From: Eledone cirrhosa
Lineage: Eukaryota
DNA: 64,000 nt
Assembly: GCA_964016885.1 (NCBI GenBank)
Contig: OZ024744.1
Location: 33,356,001 to 33,420,000 of the forward strand
Direction of reading: 5' to 3'
The notes beneath the pieces were generated by a model. It was not told the origin of the DNA and did not search any database. It saw nothing but the letters and a program-made list of their open reading frames with translations. Within the stretch, counting starts at the first letter, position 1. Each line of letters begins with the position of its first letter. Below are positions 1 to 12,334 of this stretch, piece after piece. Position numbers and translations under genes: made by a program.

Positions 1-1225
1 TATGATATTCTTGCTGGCCCTACCTAGGTCCGATTTGGAGGGTGCTATTAACCTAACGGGGAGATTTGTCCTAAAGTCTAATTTATGATCCTTAATGGAT
101 ATCAGCGGTTTTCTGGATACATAGGGTTCTGTCCTATCATCTATTTCTAGTCCTGTCATTATTTTTTTGGTCGCGGCGTTGCTGTTATCTAGGTTGTCCT
201 GTCCTGTGGTCCTATAGTTTTTCCTAACCTCTTCCCCGATGCAGTCGTTGTATGTAAATTGGTCAAGCATGTATACATTACCAGTTTTGTCCGAGGGCAC
301 AAGTAAATCCGGGCATCCTTCCAAGCTTTTGATTATGGAGCTGAGTTTCCTGAGGTATTTATTTTTGCGTGTATTATTCCTTCGGAATTTGATGTTTCGG
401 ACGATATCTGAGGATACGGTTTTCAAATTCTTCCAGCAGTGCGTTTTGTGGTGGGTGTCGTCTTGATTTGAAAATCCGTTTCAGGCGGTCGTGAGGATTA
501 TCGTGTGCGTGCTGCTGGGTCCTTCTGTCGTGATGGAATGCGCGCCATCTCATGCGTCTAACGAAGGAGTTGGTGTGGTGGATCAATAGGCTCATGTAGG
601 TGTTATCAGAAAGGATCGGAGTGTCCTTTAAAGAGGAAGGGTACTGGAATTTCTCCATGGCGATTCGTTGCAAGCGCTTTGCTTGTAGAAGAACGTAATA
701 TATGTCTAATGATAGCTAAGATGCTTCCATAGGCGGTATGCCGGTTGAGCACTCTATGCTCTTACAGAGCAGAGTATGATAGAATGGAAATCGAAAAATC
801 AGTGATGCATCGGAACTCAGTTTATTGGGTGTTACAATTATTTCCCCAACGAACAGCTCGAGGTGTGATCTGTGTGTGGATCGACCTGACTCGACTCGCA
901 GGTTTCTCGGACACATCTATTGATTTCGGAGCATATCCTCTTTCTGGGGTTTTCTGAGCCTACAGGTCTACATTGTCCACCTTCATCCGCTTTGCGTGTC
1001 CTTGGGTTGTTCATTGGTTAGTGACGTCATCATTATTCTGACCACTGGTAGCAACCCGCTGACCATCAGGGCATGAGCTGTCACTCTCCCACATTCCCGT
1101 CGGCAAAATTACTGCAGTTTCTCAGCTAACACCCCCACCCACACACACAAGCACAGAGATACGGACAGTTACATACAGAGTAGCTTGTGTGCTTACGTTC
1201 ACACATGTACGCCCAGAAGCATACA
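1..1225 (-). mobile_element. Naiad-type Penelope-like element, 5' part (upstream non-coding region plus frameshifted N-terminus of the RT ORF; runs off the window edge)
   Basis: The minus ORF from ATG ~658 (MEKFQYPSSLKDTPILSDNTYMSLLIHHTNSFVRRMRWRAF) aligns by eye with the N-terminus of the 46668 ORF (KNIPVPSRKTYLKLLIQKTDTFIKRLRWRAF). Other frames continue with VPSDKTGNVY and VRLIAPSKSDLG. Confidence 0.85.
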
Positions 1226-1985
1226 TACATATCCATGTATACATACATAAATAGTCACACAAGTTTATTCTGCATGCATTTTCTATATACGGCCTGAGCA
1301 TAACCTTTACATTAATACCACGTACTCCCCATATGTAGCCTTGCTTGAGGTGTCTATCCGTGGATTAACCCACGTTGGCAACATAATATCAACTCTGTCA
1401 GCACGTACATCAAGGTGCATTTTTGTATGTACAGCCCAATGTGTATCTTTATATGCTTTTCTTATATGTATTTTTTGCATATTTGTTTATGTGTGTGTAG
1501 ATGTGTGTATATACATATATACATATATGTAAGAATATATGTGCGAGTCGGTATGTGTGTATGCACACGTGTAGAGGAAAAAATATATAGAGGTATGTAT
1601 GTATATGTATATATATATAAATTAGTGTGTGTGTATATATATACATGTGTGTAGATGTATGTGTGTATACGTGTGTGTGGGCGCGTGGGTAGGTGTGTAT
1701 ATATATGTGTGTATGTATGTGTGTGTGTGTATGCTTCTAGGCGTACATGTGTGAACGTAAGCACACAAGCTACGCTGTATGTATTTGTGTGTGTGTGTGG
1801 GGGAGTGGGAGCTGACAAACAGCAGTAATTTTGCCGACGGGACAGTGGGTGAGTGACAGCTCACGCCCTGATGGTCAGCGGACTGCTACCAGTGGTCAGG
1901 GTAATGAGGACGTCACTAACCAGTGACCAATCCAAGGACGCGCAAAGCGGATGAAGTTGGACCAAATAGACCCGTAGGGTCTCAT
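955..1985. repeat. Diverged inverted repeat (~955-1225 vs ~1728-1985), probably an inverted PLE pLTR copy
   Basis: CTTCATCCGCTTTGCGTGTCCTTGG...AGCTTGTGTGCTTACGTTCACACATGTACGCC reappears as its reverse complement at 1728-1985 with scattered mismatches. Confidence 0.8.
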
Positions 1986-2109
1986 ATCTATATGAGCAGG
2001 CTGAAGCTATATACAGATGAGAGTATACATCTACATACATACACATATATACATATACAAACTTACATTCACACACATACACACACATACACATGTATTT
2101 ATGTAATAT

Positions 2110-2577
2110 ATCTATCTATCTATCTAGGGCGGGTAAAATTCCCGAGATCCATGGACGAGTTCTCTCCAGCGGTCTCTGTCCCTCATTATCGCTGCCATGT
2201 CCTGCGTCTCCAATAGACCGGTGTCTGTTCTTAGGGTATCAACATACGTTAACTTTGGTCTTCCCCTTACAGTGTGTCCATGTAGCGACTCCGAAAGGAG
2301 CACTGAGTGCAATGTCAACTCTGGATGTCGGTGAGCATGTCCAGCTAACCTCAATCTCCTCTGTGGCACTTTTGAGCTTACTTTTGGGAGGCTCCCATAT
2401 AGCTCTGAGTTTTTCATCCTCAGTGTATATTGATTAATGTTCAGAGCCATCCTCAGCATTCTCGTGTAGCACCCATCCACCATCTGAGTGAGTTTCTTGG
2501 TCAGTGTCCAAGTCTCAGACCCGTACAGCAGCACAGACTCCACTACAGCAATGAAGAGGCGGATTTTCAGGTCTTTA
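2110..2577 (-). mobile_element. 5'-truncated RTE-like LINE 3' end with (TAGA)n tail
   Basis: KIRLFIAVVESVLLYGSETWTLT...QRRLRLAGH...GRPKLTY...DRDRWR; nearly identical to 52357-52839. Confidence 0.9.
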
Positions 2578-2952
2578 TGTAATATATGTACATATATATA
2601 TTTGTTTGTATCTATATATAAGCGTATATAATTATCAATTTGAACAGGCTTGTATACAGAATCTTTATATACAGACTTATATACGCACATACATACATAT
2701 ATGATGGCTGCCCCCTTGTTATCGAGTATGGCCATTGCACGATATAACATTATTAATAATTATTAATTTATTCTATCGTGCAATGCCTGTGGATGAAGAT
2801 ATTTTTTTAAAGTGAGGAAAGACTGTGCACTGAGCCAATCCCGCTCTCTGAGCGACAGTAGCTATAACCCGGAAAGAAGAAAAGATCAACATACATACAT
2901 ACATACATACATACATACATACATACATACATACATACATACATACATACAT

Positions 2953-3539
2953 AGTGGCTGCCAACTCGTTTTCGAGTACGGCCACTACTTTATATCCATG
3001 TAGGAGAACCTCTACCGAAACCCTACGAGTGTGACTTTTTAGTCCAGCCATTGACTTGAAAACTCTGGTACAAACACTACGCTTGTGACAATTATTGACA
3101 CATATTGCTGGGCCCATGGTACCATGTGACGACAGATATAAAGCAATGCCTGTGCCGTGAAGCTTTTATAGTGAGCAAAGGCACTGCACAAAGCCAGTCC
3201 CACTCTTTTAACCAAGATGATATTTACCAAAAAGAAGAACAAGTCAACATCATTGGATACCATCAGGGTTGCAGGTGTTATATCAGAGTTTTCCTTCTCC
3301 TAGAATTCTGCCTTGACAAAGGCTAAGGGGTCATCTCTCCCGGTGACTTTGGATGGCCATTGACTCTTAAGAGCTCCTTTGCCTTTTGACAGGTTTGTTT
3401 TTAGTCCTGCAGGATGTCCAAAGTCACCCTCCTCACCAAGAAAACTTGGTGGGGTTGCCAGTTTAGTCGCCAACGACCCGACCAAGGGACAGGTTGTACT
3501 GGAATACATGTTACCAGTAACACCAACTGGTGACCTGAC
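2953..3539 (-). mobile_element. ~600 bp non-autonomous RTE-derived element (family A) flanked by (ATAC)n
   Basis: Same sequence as the copies at 16.8-22.0 kb and 34.3 kb. RTE-like 5' UTR motif GGAGAAGGAAAACTCTGA, C2H2-like 3' remnant ([16 protein letters not shown]) and (TATG)n tail. Confidence 0.8.
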
Positions 3540-3892
3540 ATACATACATACATACAAAAGAAATTCCACCCAAAAATTAAAAGAAAAAATCAAGACAATA
3601 ACCTAAAGTTTGACTCCAAACTTCAGGTTCATGTCTTGATGTGAATTAAATTCAACATTATTGGATCGTCTATGATTACATCACACACATAGACACACAC
3701 TCACACATGCAGATGTACAAGCACGCATACGCGCGTACACAAATACACACATATTCGCACCTAATCACGCACATACACACACTTGGTTTCACGAGCGCAC
3801 ACATTCTCATGCGTACAGACACACACACACACACACTGTATGTACCGCTCATATGTATGTATGTTCTGATTTTACTATTTTATTAATTTTCA

Positions 3893-4612
3893 GGGCAGTG
3901 GATTGGCAGTATTGTTAGAGAGTCGGACACCATGCTTTGCAGCATAGAGTTACGGCCCTTTACTCTCTGAGTCCAAATCCAGCCGAGGTTAACTGCCTTT
4001 CATCCTTACGTGGTCGATAAAATAAAGTACCAGCAACGTACTGGTGTCGGTTTAATCGACTTTCCCCTCCCCCCAAATTGTTGGACTTGTACCTATACTA
4101 GAAATCATTATTTTATGTGGATAAAATAAAGTACCAGTAATGTACTGGGTAATTGCTGGCCTTGTGCCTAAAGTAGAAACAATTATTTTATGTGGATTGG
4201 CAGTATCGGTAGAGTCGGACGCCATGCTTTCCAGCGTAGTTACGTCCCTTTACGATCTGAGTTCAAATCCCGCCGAGGTTAACTTTGCCTTTCATCCTTA
4301 CGGGGTCGCTAAAATAAAGTACCAGTAAGGCACTGGGTAATTGCTGGCCTTGTGCCAAAAGTAGAAACAATTATTTTATAAATTTTCAGGGCCGTGGATT
4401 GGCAGAATTGGTAGAACATCGGACAACATGCTTAGCGACATACAGTTATGGCTCTTTACGTTCCGAGTTCAAATCTCACCGAGATTAGATTTACCTTTCA
4501 TCCTTACGGGGTCGAGAAATAAAGTAGCAGTAATGCCCTGCGGTCGATTTAATCGACTTTTCCTTTCCCCCAAAATTGTTGGCCTTGTGCCTAAATCAGA
4601 AATCATTATCTT
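3893..4612 (+). mobile_element. Cluster of three tRNA-derived SINE copies (plus a partial tail)
   Basis: Repeated GTGGATTGGCAG..GGTAGA (A box-like), GAGTTCAAATCC (B box) and GAGGTTAACTTTGCCTTTCATCCTTACGGGGTCGATAAAATAAAGTACCAG core at ~3893, ~4192 and ~4388. Confidence 0.85.
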
Positions 4613-4793
4613 ATAAATGTTCAATGGAGAGACAGAGCCGGTTTCTAACATAGTCCCACAAGACTCGTTCATTGGAATTTAGACATCAACTAAGTAATAC
4701 GCATGTATGGGTGTGTGTATGTGTATGTGTATGTGTGTATATTTGAGTGTGTGTGTCTGTGATTGTGTGTGCGTTTGAGTGCGTATGTATGTC

Positions 4794-4832
<39 letters not shown>

Positions 4833-4834
<2 letters not shown>

Positions 4835-5312
4835 CAGGTCGCTCTCCAGTGCTACTGGTAACATGTAACCCAGTAATACCTGTCTCATGGTCGGGTCGTC
4901 GGCTACTAAACCGGCAACCCCACTAAGCTTGCTTGGTGAGGAGGGTGATATTTAGACACCCTGCGGGATGAAATACAAGACCCAGCAAAGGGCGGAGGAA
5001 CTCAGCAGAGTCAACGGCCATCCAAATAGTAGTTTTTTTTTCCACCTGGGAGTGAAAGGCCCCCAGTTGTTGTTATTACAAAACCTTTCTAAGAGAGGGA
5101 AAGTCTGAAAAAGAAACTTGCGGCTTCGGAAGCATCCGATGATGTTAACAAGTTCTCCTTTTCGGGTAGTGTTTTCGATGCCCAGAGAGTGGGATTGGTC
5201 AAGTGAAAGGCCTTTCCTCACTAAAAAAATCTTCAAAGCACAGGCATTGCTTGTTCAGGGTCTGTTACAAGCGATTGCAATACTCTTAGCAGATTCTGCA
5301 GCCATGATGTGA
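4833..5312 (+). mobile_element. Non-autonomous RTE-derived element (family B): 5' leader homologous to family A, different 3' end
   Basis: The 5' part GCTACTGGTAACATGTAACCCAGTA..ACCTGTCTCATGGTCGGGTCG..GAGGAGGGTGA matches family A. The 3' end GATTGCAATACTCTTAGCAGATTCTGCAGCCATG matches the RTE 3' end at 20406-20450. Confidence 0.7.
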
Positions 5313-5459
5313 GTCTATGTATGTCTGTGTTTGAGTGCGTATTTGAGTGCATGTATGTCTGTGTTTGTTTGTGTGTATATGTGTGTGTGTTTGCATGAGT
5401 GGGTCTGCATGTTTTGCATGTTTGCGTTATATGTGTACATGCACATATGTTTCCGTGTC

Positions 5460-5795
5460 TACATGCAGAATTTTTGGAATGTTTTACATATTTTTACTGT
5501 TCCATTAATGGATTGTACTTGCAGCTTACTAACTAGCGTGCTCTTTCTGGTTCTGTGAAGCCCAGCTTCTCAGATTTTATACTGAGGTAGTTACTAACAT
5601 ATCCCAGGGTCGTAGTTATCACAGGTATAAATCTGAAAGTATAGTAAGGGTGGAGTATTTCAGATTTCTCATTAGTTCTGCATAGATATTCTCCTTTATG
5701 TGTTTATTGACAGGGTTATCTTTTCTATGGATTGCATTGTACAGTGTTTTGGCCACTACCACATGCCTCACAGGTAGATAGTTGCCGCGATGACA
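5460..5795 (-). mobile_element. R4/Dong-type (RLE) non-LTR retrotransposon 3' fragment, internally deleted
   Basis: Reverse complement of the family at 20808-21140 and 22795-23600 (ENIYAELMRNL...QVQSINGTVKICKTFQKF; YYLP.RH). Confidence 0.75.
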
Positions 5796-5799
5796 TTCT

Positions 5800-6712
5800 A
5801 AGAAATTCTAAGGAGTGTGGATGAAATTAGGCTAGGTAGAAAGTAGGCGAAAATAGAATTCTGGAGGAATCTGAGAGTGGTAAATTATAAAATTAAAAGG
5901 TTAATAAATTGAGTTTAAAAAATAAAAAAATAATAAATAAAAATAATAATAGTATTAAAATATTAAATAATAAAAAAAAAATAATAATAATTTTAAAAAA
6001 CTAGAGTCTAAAGCAGATGCTATATTTTTAGCTGGTATTGCGTTTTCGGCCAGTGCTATATAGAATTGAATGGGGTGGGGGTACTGAGGCTACAAAAGCC
6101 CAATGGGCTGCCTCGGGGTAGGCGAAAGAGGAAAAAGGAAAAGGAAGAGGAGAGGGAGTGAAAGTAAGTGAGAAGAAGAGATAAAGGGAAAAAAGAAAAG
6201 AAGTACATCTACCTATGTAAGCTGGGTTTCCCCTATCTTGTTCGGCAAGTGGAGAAAATAATGATGTTGCAGCCATTGTCTACCCACCATGAGGGGGTTT
6301 GAGGACCAGGTAAGTCCTACGTAATCGGTGTTTACATGCAGTTACAAGTTCGTCTTTTTTGTTTAGGAGTTGGTCCTTCGTAAACAGCATTTGTATTGTT
6401 TCCTCCGAGCATAAGTTACACGGATGGCGTCCTCCCGTGTAAGAGTTAGCCCTGGACAGTAAGCTCCAAGTAAGATGGTATGTTATATTATCTTGGAGGT
6501 CCCAAATGTGGCCCGAAAGTGTAGTGGCATGTCGCCGGGCCGGGTTTCTGAACGTATGTCGGTGTTGGTAGAGCCGGGTCTTAACGTCACAAGCGGTTAA
6601 TCCTATATAGGTTCTGTTGGAGTGGCTGCAACATCATTCGTTTCCCCACTTGCCGAACAAGATAGGGGAAACTCCAGCTTACATAGGTAGATGTACTTCT
6701 TTTCATTTTTGT
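5800..6712 (-). mobile_element. Naiad-type PLE 3' end (GIY-YIG C-terminus and downstream region) with a short inverted copy at its 5' junction
   Basis: Minus 6612->6280 reads TYIGLTACDVKTRLYQHRHTF...TTLSGHIWDLQD...CNLCSEE...LLNKKDELVTACKH. 6622-6703 is the reverse complement of ~6195-6275. Confidence 0.85.
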
Positions 6713-6714
6713 TA

Positions 6715-7935
6715 TGCCTTAGGTAAAGTCTATGCTGTCTGGCAAAGAGATGTAGGAAGATTGTCGAGTCGAAGTTAGCTGATAAACAGTGTGGTTTTCG
6801 CCCCGGACACAGCACAGTCAACAAAATATTCACTCCGGCAGGTATTCAAGAAATCGTGGGAGTATTGCCAAGAAGCATATTCTTGTTTTGTCCAGAAGGC
6901 ACACCACCGCGTTCCTCAGAGCCTGCTGTCGAAGTCTGTGCACGTGTATGGCTCGATGTTCAGCCTCTTGCTGATTTGATGTCTTTATACGAATGCCCGA
7001 GTGTTTCTGTTCAGCAAAATGGTGCTAAATCGAAACTATTCAATGTGGGAATCGAACTCCGCCAAGGGTCCACCTCCCCTGTTCATGATTTACATGAACA
7101 GAATTGACATGGTGGGTATAAAATCAGTCGGCTGGAATTTGCAGACAACATGGTGTTACTCAACCAGAAGATGATCTTCGACTTGCATTTGATAGGTTTG
7201 ATGCTGAGTTCTGCATGGCTGGAATGAAAATCATTGCTGTGAAAACTGAGACGTTCGTCTTCTCAAGGAAACCTGCGTGGTGCAGGCTATATGTGAATGA
7301 TGCAGTTCTACTGAAGCAGGTAGAGAATTTCAAGTATCTCGGGGCAGTGTTCACGAGTGATGGAAGACAGGAGGTTGAATTAAGGCAAGAATTACAAATG
7401 CTGGTGCAGTAATGCACTAGCTTCCGCATTCAGTAATCAGAAGACGGGAGGTGGGCGTAAAAGCCAAACTCGCTATCTTCAATTTGGTTTTCGTGCCATG
7501 CCTTACCTAAGGTCATAAATCTTGGGTAATGACGGAAAGAATACGATCGCGAATACAACCACCGACCAAAATGTGATTCCTCTTTGGAGTAACGTTACTC
7601 GTTAAAGTGTGTAGCTCGGAGATCAGACAGTTACTCCAGGTAGAGCCGCTACTTCTCTGAATTAAGAGATCACAGCTCTGATTCTGTGGACATGTGGTTA
7701 GAACCGCTGGAGAGATTTTGCAGGTAAACCCAACAGGCAAGAGAACCAAGGGTATACCCCAAGAAAGATGGTTTGATAACGTCCATGAGCTTGGATGGTC
7801 ACGCTTGGGGATCCAGCCGGATCAGTTGAAGATGGTTGCTTCTGACATGACCCGCTAGAGGGAGTATTTGAGGACTCTGCCCCCATGACGCTCTCAGGTA
7901 TAAGTGGGAGAATAAAAGACGGAGATGCCTCAATG
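6715..7935 (+). mobile_element. Decayed RTE-clade LINE (RT domain to 3' end)
   Basis: Broken frames read QCGFRPGHST, FKKSWEY, NVGIELRQG, FADN, KQVENFKYLGAVFTSDGRQE, with many stops and frameshifts. Confidence 0.8.
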
Positions 7936-8049
7936 AAATTCTGCCAAAGTTCATGCATAAGAGCCAACTTTCCCTGTTCAACACCCCCTGTATTTGAACC
8001 TATTACGACTCATACAAGCTCGATAAATTGGTGGCCCTGTCTTTGTGCT

Positions 8050-8540
8050 AAATAGTTAATCAACTAGCCTAAAGGCATCCTTACCCAATCCAGCTCTGAG
8101 ATAAAGACCTATCCATGCCATCAATTAGATATAATCTGTTTCTGTCCACTTTACACCGCAGACATCTCCTCCTTTTTGATTTGTTGCTCCCATAATAAGT
8201 TCCACCATTTCATCCGTAAAAAAGAAACTAAATGTAGCAGAAACAGTATGTTTAGGTATAGCTACATGAACGCTTGCTCTTTCACGAAGCACATTTTGTC
8301 TAATATTCCGTCTGTGTCTAGGAGGTTCATTGCACCATGCAGTGCATTTGTCTCTACCTACCACAGTATTTAGTTGATCAGTTCCACTACAATCCTCACT
8401 ACTATCAGTTATGCCAACATTGGATTCTTCAATTAAATTATTTTCCCCAGTGTCAGATATGTCAGTGTATGAATCACAAGCTGGTTCAAAATAAACTTCA
8501 TTTGGTTCATCTATAACTGCTCTATTACAATAAAACATTC
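8050..8540 (-). mobile_element. piggyBac-like transposase N-terminal remnant
   Basis: Acidic N-terminus, then FSFFFTDEMVELIMGATN...KWTETD..*LMAWIGL, which resembles the F.LFF......IV..TN...W...EL.AFIGL signature. Confidence 0.7.
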
Positions 8541-8879
8541 ATAGTGGGATGGACATTTTCAATAAAATGAATTTTATCAGAATATTTTAAAAAAGAAGAA
8601 AGCAATTAGTGTTACGAAAGGTCGATATGGTCCAATCGGACCATAAACAAACAGTTTTATGCTATAACATCCATATGACAGGGACATTTTAGCTCAGAAT
8701 GTGTACCTACATATATAAATTATCAACAATAAAAGTCAGGAGATATAAAGTCTTTAAAATATAACATTTAAAAATGATATAATTTAAACATTTGCCGGGG
8801 TCCAGGGGGATATTACCTCTCACTACATATCTTAATTAACAACATGAGCGAATTAACAATAATCACACTCGCTCCGATC

Positions 8880-9127
8880 GATCGACGAGATTCCAGACTT
8901 CATTCACTTGCAAGTGGGGTGGACCTCGTCAAATCAGACTAAGGGAACAATGTTTCCATTGGTCTTTCCATTGCTGCAACTCTCTGCCGGTTGCAACTCC
9001 TGGCAGAAAGAGCAACATGAAATAGAGTGTCTTGCTCAAGGACATAACGCATCACCCCGTCCAAGAATTGAACATGCAACCTCACGATTGCGAATCAAAC
9101 TTTCTAACCACTAAATTACGCACCTTC
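8880..9127 (-). mobile_element. tRNA-derived SINE (second family)
   Basis: Minus strand TAGTGGTTAGA...GTTCAATTC (A/B boxes) followed by GTCCTTGAGCAAGACACT, a common SINE central-domain motif. Confidence 0.65.
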
Positions 9128-9251
9128 AGAACAATACTAAGAGCAAATGGGAATATATATACCCATCAAATAAATCTTTCCTTGTTAATAAACGCATTTT
9201 CTGGTGATGGTCCAATAAAATCCAAAAGGAGATACACAAAATAAAAACCTA

Positions 9252-9294
9252 GTCACTGAGGAGGTCACAGAATGTGTGACGAAAGAGCTTTGAC
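9252..9294 (+). ncRNA. Type I hammerhead ribozyme (PLE-associated)
   Basis: GTCA-CTGAGGA-g-GTCACA gaatg TGTGAC-GAAA-gagc-TT-TGAC. Confidence 0.7.
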
Positions 9295-10093
9295 AATATA
9301 TAAATAACTATCCGGTTATTGATCAAACCGACCGGAAGTTTATAATAAATTGAAGTGAAAACCAACAGATCCGTGCGTTTTTATTGGCAGCATGACCCTT
9401 CCAAAGTACAACAATATATATATATATATATTTATAAGTCGTTTGGAAGCCTCGACAATGCAAATGGGTAAATCTCCGGGTAACAAGGTCCGGTGGTGGA
9501 GAGAGAGATATGTAAGTGGGTGTACGTTGAGATGCGTGGTGTGTATAAGATGTGTGAGATGTGTAGAATGAAGGGAAGAGTAAAAGAATAAAAATAATAA
9601 TGACAACACAAGAGAGAGAGAGTTACCTTGGGAGAGATTTAATAGTACCTATATATTTCGGATTCACATCCATCAACTGGGTTTTTCCGGGGTGGGGGAA
9701 AAGGTTGTCTGTCGGACAACTCGGAACGCGTCTTTCGCTGTTTGTTGATTTGAATATCTGAGGTATTCGGCCGAGCGCGCGTGCGCGTGAAATGGGGTCG
9801 GTCGTACAGAGGTCAGCGGCCGAATGAGGGAGTGGGATGGCGCTAGCTGTCAGTCCATTCTCTGCCTGTTTGTTAAATGTTACTGTGTGTGTGTGTGCGT
9901 GTGTTGTTGTCTCGCTTGAGTGTGTGTGTGTGTGTGTGTGTGTGTTGTTGCCTTGTTCATCTGTATTGGCAGTGTAGTATGTTCGTATGGTGGAATGCTA
10001 CTGTGTGTGTGTGTGCGCGTGTGTGTGTAGTTGTCTCGTTTGCGTGTGTGTGTGTGTGTGCGTGTGTTGTGTGTTGTTGCATCGCTTGTTAAC

Positions 10094-11461
10094 TTAAACC
10101 AGCCATTTCATTTCGCTTCTCTCTAATCGGTTGTTTATTTGCGGTTGCAGTTGTTTGATAAGAAGCGCTTCCTTAATACGTAACGTGCCGACGTTTCTTT
10201 CAGTCGCTAGAATTGTGACAATGGGCCTTCCGTCTTTGTTTCCGCATTTGTCTATGTGTTTCCGGAAAGACGAGGCCCTGGTTTTAATGTGTTCCTTGAT
10301 CCGGATGTGCAAAGGTCGAATTGTGCTACCTATGTAGTATTGGTTGCACCTGTCACATTCTATCTTATACACGACGTGTGTGCGTAGGCAACAGTTAGCA
10401 TGGCGTATCGGGCAGTCTCTGAGGGAGCATGCGTCAGTAGATTTTTCGGGTTTCCTGGAGAGGGATCTTCGCAGGGAGGGGCCCGAGTGGGCCAGGTGGA
10501 TGTCGAGGCCCTCCCTCCGTATAGCCTTGCGGATAGCGTTGGTGGTTTTCTCGCCCAGGTGTGGCATTTTAAGAAAGCACTTACCTTGGGTGCTTCTCTG
10601 TCTCTTGCGTCTGGTGTCTCCTATTCTGTCTGTGATCGAGGTAGGGTACCCGTTCGTCTCCAGCACCTCGAGGAATCGCTTGGTATGAGTGACACCACTG
10701 GCGGGATCGCTGCATCTGTTTTTGATTCGCGCGATCTCGTTCGTGATGTATCCTCTTTTGGCACTGTTAGGGAGCGCGGACTTGTAGTGAACGAATAGGT
10801 CCCTGCAGGCTGCCTTTCTGTAGAAGTTGCAGTGGATCCCTCCTTGTTCCGTGATGTTGATTCGGAAGTCGAGGAGGGCAAGTGACCCGTCTTCGTTGGG
10901 GTGTTCAACACTGAAGTCAATGTTCTCGTCCGTGTTGTTGAACGTCTCATAGATTCTGTTCGCCGTGTCTTGGGCAGATGTGAGGATGAGGATATCGTCC
11001 ACGTATCTTGAGAAAAAGGCTACGGCGTTGGGGTGGCAGGCGTTGAGTGCCTTGCGTTCGAGGTTGTCCATGTAGGAGATCGCTAGCACACCTGATAGAC
11101 TTGATCCCATGGGCAATCCCGAGGTTTGTTGGTATATTTGGTCAAGGAATCCGAAGTAGGTGTTGTCGACGACGATGGATAGGAGTTGGTGGATGTCAGT
11201 GGTGGTGAGCCCGAAGCAGTGTAGGTCGGTGGATTGGACGCGTTCCATTAGTATATTGACGGCCGGGAGTGCCGGGACCGAGGTGTAGAGAGCGACTACA
11301 TCAAGGCTGAAGGCATATCTGTTATTCCTTCTGGTGTCGGGATCCATTTGATGCAGGCGCTTCAACACCTCCTCGGGGCTGTTAACGTGTCCCGGCAAGG
11401 TGTCTAAGATGGGTTTGAGTATTCTGGCTAGGAGCCATGAAATTTTGTAGAGTGGTCCCAA
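10094..11461 (-). CDS. Penelope/Poseidon-type PLE RT + GIY-YIG endonuclease; open frame of 455 aa, 5'-truncated
   Basis: SLDVVALYTSVP, GLPMGSSLSGVLA, SRYVDD, LLDF, YRK, VVYKIECDRCNQYYIGSTIRPLHIRIKEH, KEALLIKQLQPQIN. The downstream non-coding part runs to ~9440. Confidence 0.93.
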   Translation of the reverse strand: MGPLYKISWLLARILKPILDTLPGHVNSPEEVLKRLHQMDPDTRRNNRYAFSLDVVALYTSVPALPAVNILMERVQSTDLHCFGLTTTDIHQLLSIVVDNTYFGFLDQIYQQTSGLPMGSSLSGVLAISYMDNLERKALNACHPNAVAFFSRYVDDILILTSAQDTANRIYETFNNTDENIDFSVEHPNEDGSLALLDFRINITEQGGIHCNFYRKAACRDLFVHYKSALPNSAKRGYITNEIARIKNRCSDPASGVTHTKRFLEVLETNGYPTSITDRIGDTRRKRQRSTQGKCFLKMPHLGEKTTNAIRKAIRREGLDIHLAHSGPSLRRSLSRKPEKSTDACSLRDCPIRHANCCLRTHVVYKIECDRCNQYYIGSTIRPLHIRIKEHIKTRASSFRKHIDKCGNKDGRPIVTILATERNVGTLRIKEALLIKQLQPQINNRLERSEMKWLV

Positions 11462-11517
11462 GGCTCTGATACCATCAACACTCTAAACACAGAGCTGGCA
11501 TATCTAAGAACTGACTA

Positions 11518-11573
11518 ACTGCCTGATGAGGTCATAGCCATTCAATGGCTATCATCGAAATATATATAGCAGT
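11518..11573 (+). ncRNA. Type I hammerhead ribozyme
   Basis: ACTGC-CTGATGA-ggtcATAGCCATT c AATGGCTATcatc-GAAA-tatata-TA-GCAGT, followed by AATAAA. Confidence 0.8.
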
Positions 11574-12045
11574 AAATAAAGGATTATGAGTTCATGCAAT
11601 TGACTTATGTTTCGTCACTATATATATATATATATATGGATTATTGACGTAATCCATATATATATATATATATATATATAACGAAGGAATTGTGGTAAGG
11701 AACCAGATGGACCATAACGCACCAGAGTACTCAATACTTAGGGTAGTAGAGTGGGAAATAGGCTATTCGACGGCTATTTCTGAACTGAGTCCAGAAATAG
11801 CCGTCGAAACGGCTTGAACTCTGCCGTCGGGGCCATACTTTTTCCTATATATATATACATATTTATATATATATGGATTATGTCAATCCATCGTTACTTA
11901 CAGGCACAACAAGCTTCTTTGAATTACAATGTCTTGTCCTTCTCTTTTAATCCTCAGATTGATAAGTCGTATGGTATGTGTGTCATGTTTTTGTAGTCTC
12001 TCCCATCAGTGACATGTATTTTTGAATTTTTTGTTTATTTTCCTT

Positions 12046-12174
12046 TTGGTTCTGAAGATGAGATCAAATCATAGTTCGGTTTTTATATCATCCGTACTTA
12101 TCGATTCTAAAATTGATAGATTTTATTTTTACGGGCCGAATTATGGTCCAGCTTCTGAAACAATTGTAAACCAA
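12046..12174 (+). ncRNA. Type I hammerhead with ~100 nt stem II expansion
   Basis: TTGGTT-CTGAAGA-(98 nt)-GAAA-caattg-TA-AACCAA; palindromic stem III, GUA cleavage triplet, then AATAAA. Confidence 0.6.
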
Positions 12175-12334
12175 TAAATATTTTTTCAAGAATTTGATTG
12201 TGTATCCTCTGACAATAATTTTTATATTAACGCTCTGCCTATACACCTTTTGCAAGACGTATGGTTCTCTTGCTTACTTTCATTGTTCGCTTATCTTGCA
12301 CTTAATACGTATTGAGCACACTGTCCTCTTCACT

